A stretch of DNA of 20,810 bases. It comes from Promethearchaeota archaeon (lineage in GTDB: Archaea; Asgardarchaeota; Lokiarchaeia; Sigyniarchaeales; SOKP01). A model generated the notes under the pieces. It had not been told where the DNA came from, made no database searches, and was given only the letters and a program-made list of their open reading frames with translations. Position numbers and translations under genes: made by a program. Location of the stretch: positions 1 through 20,810 of the forward strand of contig JAEOTS010000061.1 of the NCBI GenBank assembly GCA_016839745.1, read 5' to 3'. Shown piece after piece: positions 16,766-20,810 of this stretch (positions are counted from its first letter, which is position 1; each line of letters opens with the position of its first letter).

Positions 16766-19700
16766 ATGAGCATTAAAAGAAATAAAATCATTCTACTTAA
16801 TCTTTTAGGAGTTTGTACACTAATTCTATTTAGTTTACCTCAGATTAATGTCAGTTTTAACCCTCCTAATTCTATTAATGATAGTGAAGTAAGGAACACC
16901 CCAAGAAACTTAAAAGGCTCAAACTATTGGGAATTGACATCCCCGATTGAAATTAATGATATGGGAGTTAATAATTGGACCTGGGTTGAAGGAGAGGCAT
17001 GGTTTGGAGGTGGTAATGGGACGCAAGCTAATCCTTACATTATCGAGAATGTAACGATTGATGTTGACAACAATTTTGAATATTGCATTAGTATACAAAA
17101 TTCCAACATGTATTTCATAATTAATAATTGCACAGTATCGAAAGCAAATATAACTGGAATTTTTTTAGGAAATGTTAACAATTCACAAATAATTAATAAC
17201 AAGGCTTTGAATAACAGCTATGTAGGGATAGGCTTAATTGAGAGTAATTCAAATTTAATATTAGGAAATAATGTAACTGGCAATTTTATAGGGGGTTTCG
17301 GTTTAAATAATAGTAATCATAACTCAATTTTAAATAATACTGCATATTCCAACGAGGGTTATGGAATAGGGGTAGGAAACGGTAATAATAATACAATCTC
17401 AGATAATGTAGCAACTTTTAATGGCGAACAAGGAATAGGATTACTGAACTGTAATAATATTACAGTTTCAAGAAACAATGCGAGCTTTAATTCATTGGTA
17501 GGTATAGCCTTTGGAAGTAGTAACAATATCTCAATTTTAAATAATATAGTAAATTCGAACACTGGTTCTGGAATAGGTTATGGGTTTTGTAATTATATTA
17601 CAATTACAAATAATATAGTAAATTCAAACGGTGAAGCTGGAATGGGAATAGGAAATTCGAATTATAATACTATTTCGAATAATACTGTAAATTCTAACAG
17701 TAATCCAGGAATCTCTATAGGGGATTGTAATTATAATACAATTTTGAATAATACGATAAATTCTAATGGTGATCTAGGTTTAGGTTTATGGAATTGTAAT
17801 TATAATGATATTTTAGGTAATACAGCAAATCAGAACTCTCGTATTGGGATATATTTAGATAATTGCACCGTAAACGATATTTCAGGAAACACAGCAACTT
17901 CCAATTCTGAAAATGGTATCAACTTAGTTGATAGTTATAACAGTTTGATTTTAAATAATATAGCAAACAATAACGCGTGGGATGGGATATCTTTCGGTGG
18001 TTGTAATTATAGTAACATTACAGGAAATACTATAAATAGCAACTCAATAGGGATATTTTATTGGGATGGTATAAATATACACATTTCAGATAATTCTGCA
18101 AGCAACAACGCAGAATATGGGATTGGTTTATGGTACGTTTATAATAGTAATATCTCGAAAAACTTGGTAGAAAGTAATGGATGGGCAATTTGCTTAGAAT
18201 CTTGCGATAATAATAATATAATGGAAAACGATGTAATAAACAACATTAATATGGGTATAGGTCTATGGAATAGCTATTACAACACCATTTCGGATAATTA
18301 CTTAAACAACGACGACTATTATGGTATTTATTTCTATAATAGTCATAGTAATAGCATTAGAAGTAACACCATAGGTGCCAATTATAATGGAATATATTTA
18401 GAAACAAGCAATCTAAATACAATTGAATTAAATACAATTAATAACAATCAAAATGGTATTTATATAGAAAGTGGACATTCCAATGTAGTTTTAAATAACA
18501 TATTTAACGGTAACACACAAGATATTGTTGATTTACAAGAAAATGGAGGAAATCCTCCTCTTCCTCCCGAAATACCCTTACAACTAATAATTGGAATTGT
18601 GTCAGTCATAGGTGGTGTTGCGATTCTAGCCATTATGCTTTTTATGAGAGTCAGATCTTCGAGAGCTAAAGCTCTTAAGCGAGAAAAGTATAGAGTGCCT
18701 GAAATAGAACGAGAATTAATCGCTCCAGTGGAAAAAGAAAAAGTGGAATCTTTTAAAGAGGAAGAAGAAATTGTAAAACCGCTAGTAGAATTATCGGTTG
18801 AAGATGAGCTCTTGGAAAAAGAAGTGGTTATTCCAGAAGAAATACTTGAAAAGGAAAAAGTGGTGAAAGAAGAGGTAATAATTCCTGCAGAAGAAACTGT
18901 AGATGAGGAAGTAGTAACTCCAGAAGAAATATCTGAAGAAGCAGAACTCTTAGAAGAGGAAGCAGATATTATTCCAATAGAACTGCTTGAAGCGAAAGAA
19001 ATCGTAGAAGAGGAATTTGTTGCTCCGGAAGGAAAACCAGAAGAAGAACCAATCTTAGAAGAGGAAGTAATTGTCCCAGAAGAAATACCGGAAGAAGTAG
19101 AAGTCTTAGAAGAGGATGTAGTTGCTCCAGAAGAATTACATGAAGAAGTAGAAGCCTTAGAGGAGGAAGTAGTTGTTCCGGAAATAATTCCTGAAGAAGA
19201 AAAAGTGGTAGAAGAGGAGGTAAGTATTCCTCCAGTAAAAATGCTTGAGGAGGAAGAAATCGTGGAAGAAGCAGTGATAGTCAAAGCTCCTGATGTTGTT
19301 GAAAAAGTTATACAGACCAATACTCTTAAAGGACATTTAATGGGAGTGACTTCAGTAGCGTTCTCTCCTGATATGAAATATATTGTAAGTGGCTCAAAAG
19401 ACAAAACGATTAAAATTTGGGAATTATTCTCGGGTAAACTTGTAAGAACCCTCACAGGGCATAAAAAACATGTAAATTCAGTTGTTGTGTCTCCTGATGG
19501 GAATTATGTAATCAGCGGCTCGAACGATAAATCTGTTAAAGTATGGGAATTAAATACAGGTAAACTAATTCAAACACTCGAAGGACATACTTTTTACGTT
19601 TTATCTGTAGATATTTCTGCTGATAATAATTATGTTGTAAGCAGTTCTTTCGATAAGGATATTAAAGTATGGGAATTATCGACTGCAAAGCTTGTGAGGA

Positions 19701-20188
19701 CGATTAAGGGGCATAAAAAGGAAATAGGTTCAGTTGCAATATCTTCTGACAATAAATACCTCGCGAGTGGCTCGAACGATAAGACTATAAAAATCTGGAA
19801 TCTTACTAATGGGGAGTTAGTTAATACAATTGGGGACAATCTAAAACCCATTACTTCAGTTGCTTTCTCTCCTGATGGGAAAAATATAATCAGTAGCTCA
19901 AACGATAAATCCATTAAAGTGTGGGAAATTTCGACAGGAAACCTCGTAAGGACACTGGAAGGACATACCTTTTACGTTTTATCTGTAGATATTTCTGCCG
20001 ATAATAATTATGTAGTTAGTGGTTCGTTCGATAAGGATGTTAAATTGTGGGAATTCTCAACAGGAAACCTTATAAAGACTTTCGAAGGGCATAGAAAAGA
20101 GGTAAATTCAGTAGCTCTGTCTCCAGATAATAAATATATCATCAGTGGTTCAAATGATAAAACGATAAAGATTTGGGAAGTTCAGTAA
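16766..20188 (+). CDS. Single-pass membrane protein: extracellular NosD-like beta-helix, TM helix, acidic repeat linker, 7 WD40 repeats
   Basis: Signal peptide; ~22-aa N-x-I-x-x-N-x-x-x-x-N..GI rungs; TM LIIGIVSVIGGVAILAIMLFM (~18572-18647) followed by basic RVRSSRAK; EEEV(V/I)xPEE repeats; seven 42-aa GH...DK.IK.W repeats from ~19316. GAGGAG and TTTAAATA upstream. Confidence 0.92.
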   Translation: MSIKRNKIILLNLLGVCTLILFSLPQINVSFNPPNSINDSEVRNTPRNLKGSNYWELTSPIEINDMGVNNWTWVEGEAWFGGGNGTQANPYIIENVTIDVDNNFEYCISIQNSNMYFIINNCTVSKANITGIFLGNVNNSQIINNKALNNSYVGIGLIESNSNLILGNNVTGNFIGGFGLNNSNHNSILNNTAYSNEGYGIGVGNGNNNTISDNVATFNGEQGIGLLNCNNITVSRNNASFNSLVGIAFGSSNNISILNNIVNSNTGSGIGYGFCNYITITNNIVNSNGEAGMGIGNSNYNTISNNTVNSNSNPGISIGDCNYNTILNNTINSNGDLGLGLWNCNYNDILGNTANQNSRIGIYLDNCTVNDISGNTATSNSENGINLVDSYNSLILNNIANNNAWDGISFGGCNYSNITGNTINSNSIGIFYWDGINIHISDNSASNNAEYGIGLWYVYNSNISKNLVESNGWAICLESCDNNNIMENDVINNINMGIGLWNSYYNTISDNYLNNDDYYGIYFYNSHSNSIRSNTIGANYNGIYLETSNLNTIELNTINNNQNGIYIESGHSNVVLNNIFNGNTQDIVDLQENGGNPPLPPEIPLQLIIGIVSVIGGVAILAIMLFMRVRSSRAKALKREKYRVPEIERELIAPVEKEKVESFKEEEEIVKPLVELSVEDELLEKEVVIPEEILEKEKVVKEEVIIPAEETVDEEVVTPEEISEEAELLEEEADIIPIELLEAKEIVEEEFVAPEGKPEEEPILEEEVIVPEEIPEEVEVLEEDVVAPEELHEEVEALEEEVVVPEIIPEEEKVVEEEVSIPPVKMLEEEEIVEEAVIVKAPDVVEKVIQTNTLKGHLMGVTSVAFSPDMKYIVSGSKDKTIKIWELFSGKLVRTLTGHKKHVNSVVVSPDGNYVISGSNDKSVKVWELNTGKLIQTLEGHTFYVLSVDISADNNYVVSSSFDKDIKVWELSTAKLVRTIKGHKKEIGSVAISSDNKYLASGSNDKTIKIWNLTNGELVNTIGDNLKPITSVAFSPDGKNIISSSNDKSIKVWEISTGNLVRTLEGHTFYVLSVDISADNNYVVSGSFDKDVKLWEFSTGNLIKTFEGHRKEVNSVALSPDNKYIISGSNDKTIKIWEVQ

Positions 20189-20226
20189 CTAAAAAGTCTT
20201 AAATAAGATAAGAACTTAAAATTCTA

Positions 20227-20810
20227 ATGGTATACAGCGGAAGGTCTATCGAAAAAAAAATAAAGGAATATCTTATCTATAATTTTATTGTCGTTCTGAT
20301 TATTGTTTTTTGGTTTGTTTACTCAACGTCTCAGAACATTTTAATTCTGGTTCTAATCGCTGTTATCGCTACAGTTCTAATCTTTATTATAATTACACAA
20401 AAAAAAAAGCAAGGATTAAGTATCAATGAAAGATATCAATATTACCTTTTTCTTGTAATTCCAATTTATTTATATTCATATATTATCCTTTCGTCAAGAG
20501 GAATAACACCCCCATTCTTTATTCCATTTAATAGTTTAGTAGGAATAAAACACAACCACGATTTTTTTTTAATTTTGCTCTATTTCTCAATAACTATTTT
20601 AAAATTAATCGTTATCAAGATCTACTTTACGAAAAAGTTGAAGACCTCTAAAATTGAGAGAGGAGATGATATATTTCAATTTTTTGTCAGGGAGTTCTCT
20701 TACAAAAAGTTACTTATGTTAATTTTACTTTTTCCTCTCTCGGCGTTTGTAGAAGAGTTCATTTATCGAAGCTTTTTAATAAGTATTTTTACTTATTACT
20801 TTAATTGGGA
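20227..20810 (+). CDS. CPBP-family (Abi/Rce1-like CAAX type II) intramembrane protease, 3'-truncated
   Basis: Manual translation MVYSGRSIEKKIKEYLIYNFIVVLIIVFWFVYS... is open to the window edge, has multiple TM segments and the motif SAFVEEFIYRSFL (EExxxR). Later His motifs would lie beyond the window. Confidence 0.75.
   Translation, partial: MVYSGRSIEKKIKEYLIYNFIVVLIIVFWFVYSTSQNILILVLIAVIATVLIFIIITQKKKQGLSINERYQYYLFLVIPIYLYSYIILSSRGITPPFFIPFNSLVGIKHNHDFFLILLYFSITILKLIVIKIYFTKKLKTSKIERGDDIFQFFVREFSYKKLLMLILLFPLSAFVEEFIYRSFLISIFTYYFNW

Noticed and set aside
3834-17562. Other small ORFs overlapping main genes (3834..4187, 4265..4534, 4335..4565, 5578..5763, 8727..8984, 10817..11008, 11430..11618, 12388..12603, 12436..12639, 14022..14270, 14555..14800, 14748..14951, 17359..17562)
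   Set aside because: Lie within or almost within better-supported CDSs and show no recognisable motifs.
18460-19914. 331-aa and 94-aa minus-strand ORFs
   Set aside because: Ser/Thr-rich antisense shadows of the Glu-rich linker and WD40 repeats.

Overview
AT-rich archaeal DNA. Protein families, TATA-type promoters and near-leaderless starts point to an Asgard archaeon of the Lokiarchaeia type (inference). Left to right: (1) a large secreted beta-helix/Ig-repeat surface protein on the minus strand, running off the left edge and missed by the ORF track; (2) a DUF2299-like gene and a Cys-rich membrane-anchored orphan, bracketed by a ~210-bp, ~92%-identical inverted repeat that carries the surface-protein promoter and start codon (ATG in one copy, ATA in the other); (3) two paralogous proteins with N-terminal helix-hairpin-helix domains, separated by a secreted BPL_N/GATase-like hydrolase, the second coupled to a membrane-anchored winged-helix protein; (4) dnaJ and dnaK with a divergent grpE; (5) pirin; (6) a receptor-like beta-helix/TM/acidic-linker/7xWD40 protein; (7) a partial CPBP intramembrane protease, also missed by the ORF track. 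Best candidate for a new system: by manual motif comparison, the two HhH paralogs appear to contain an ALIX/BROX-like Bro1 domain and a C-terminal TSG101/Vps23-like steadiness box. With the membrane-anchored winged-helix neighbour, this suggests a module linking DNA, membrane and ESCRT. All domain calls are by eye, with reference sequences recalled from memory, and need HMM or structure confirmation.
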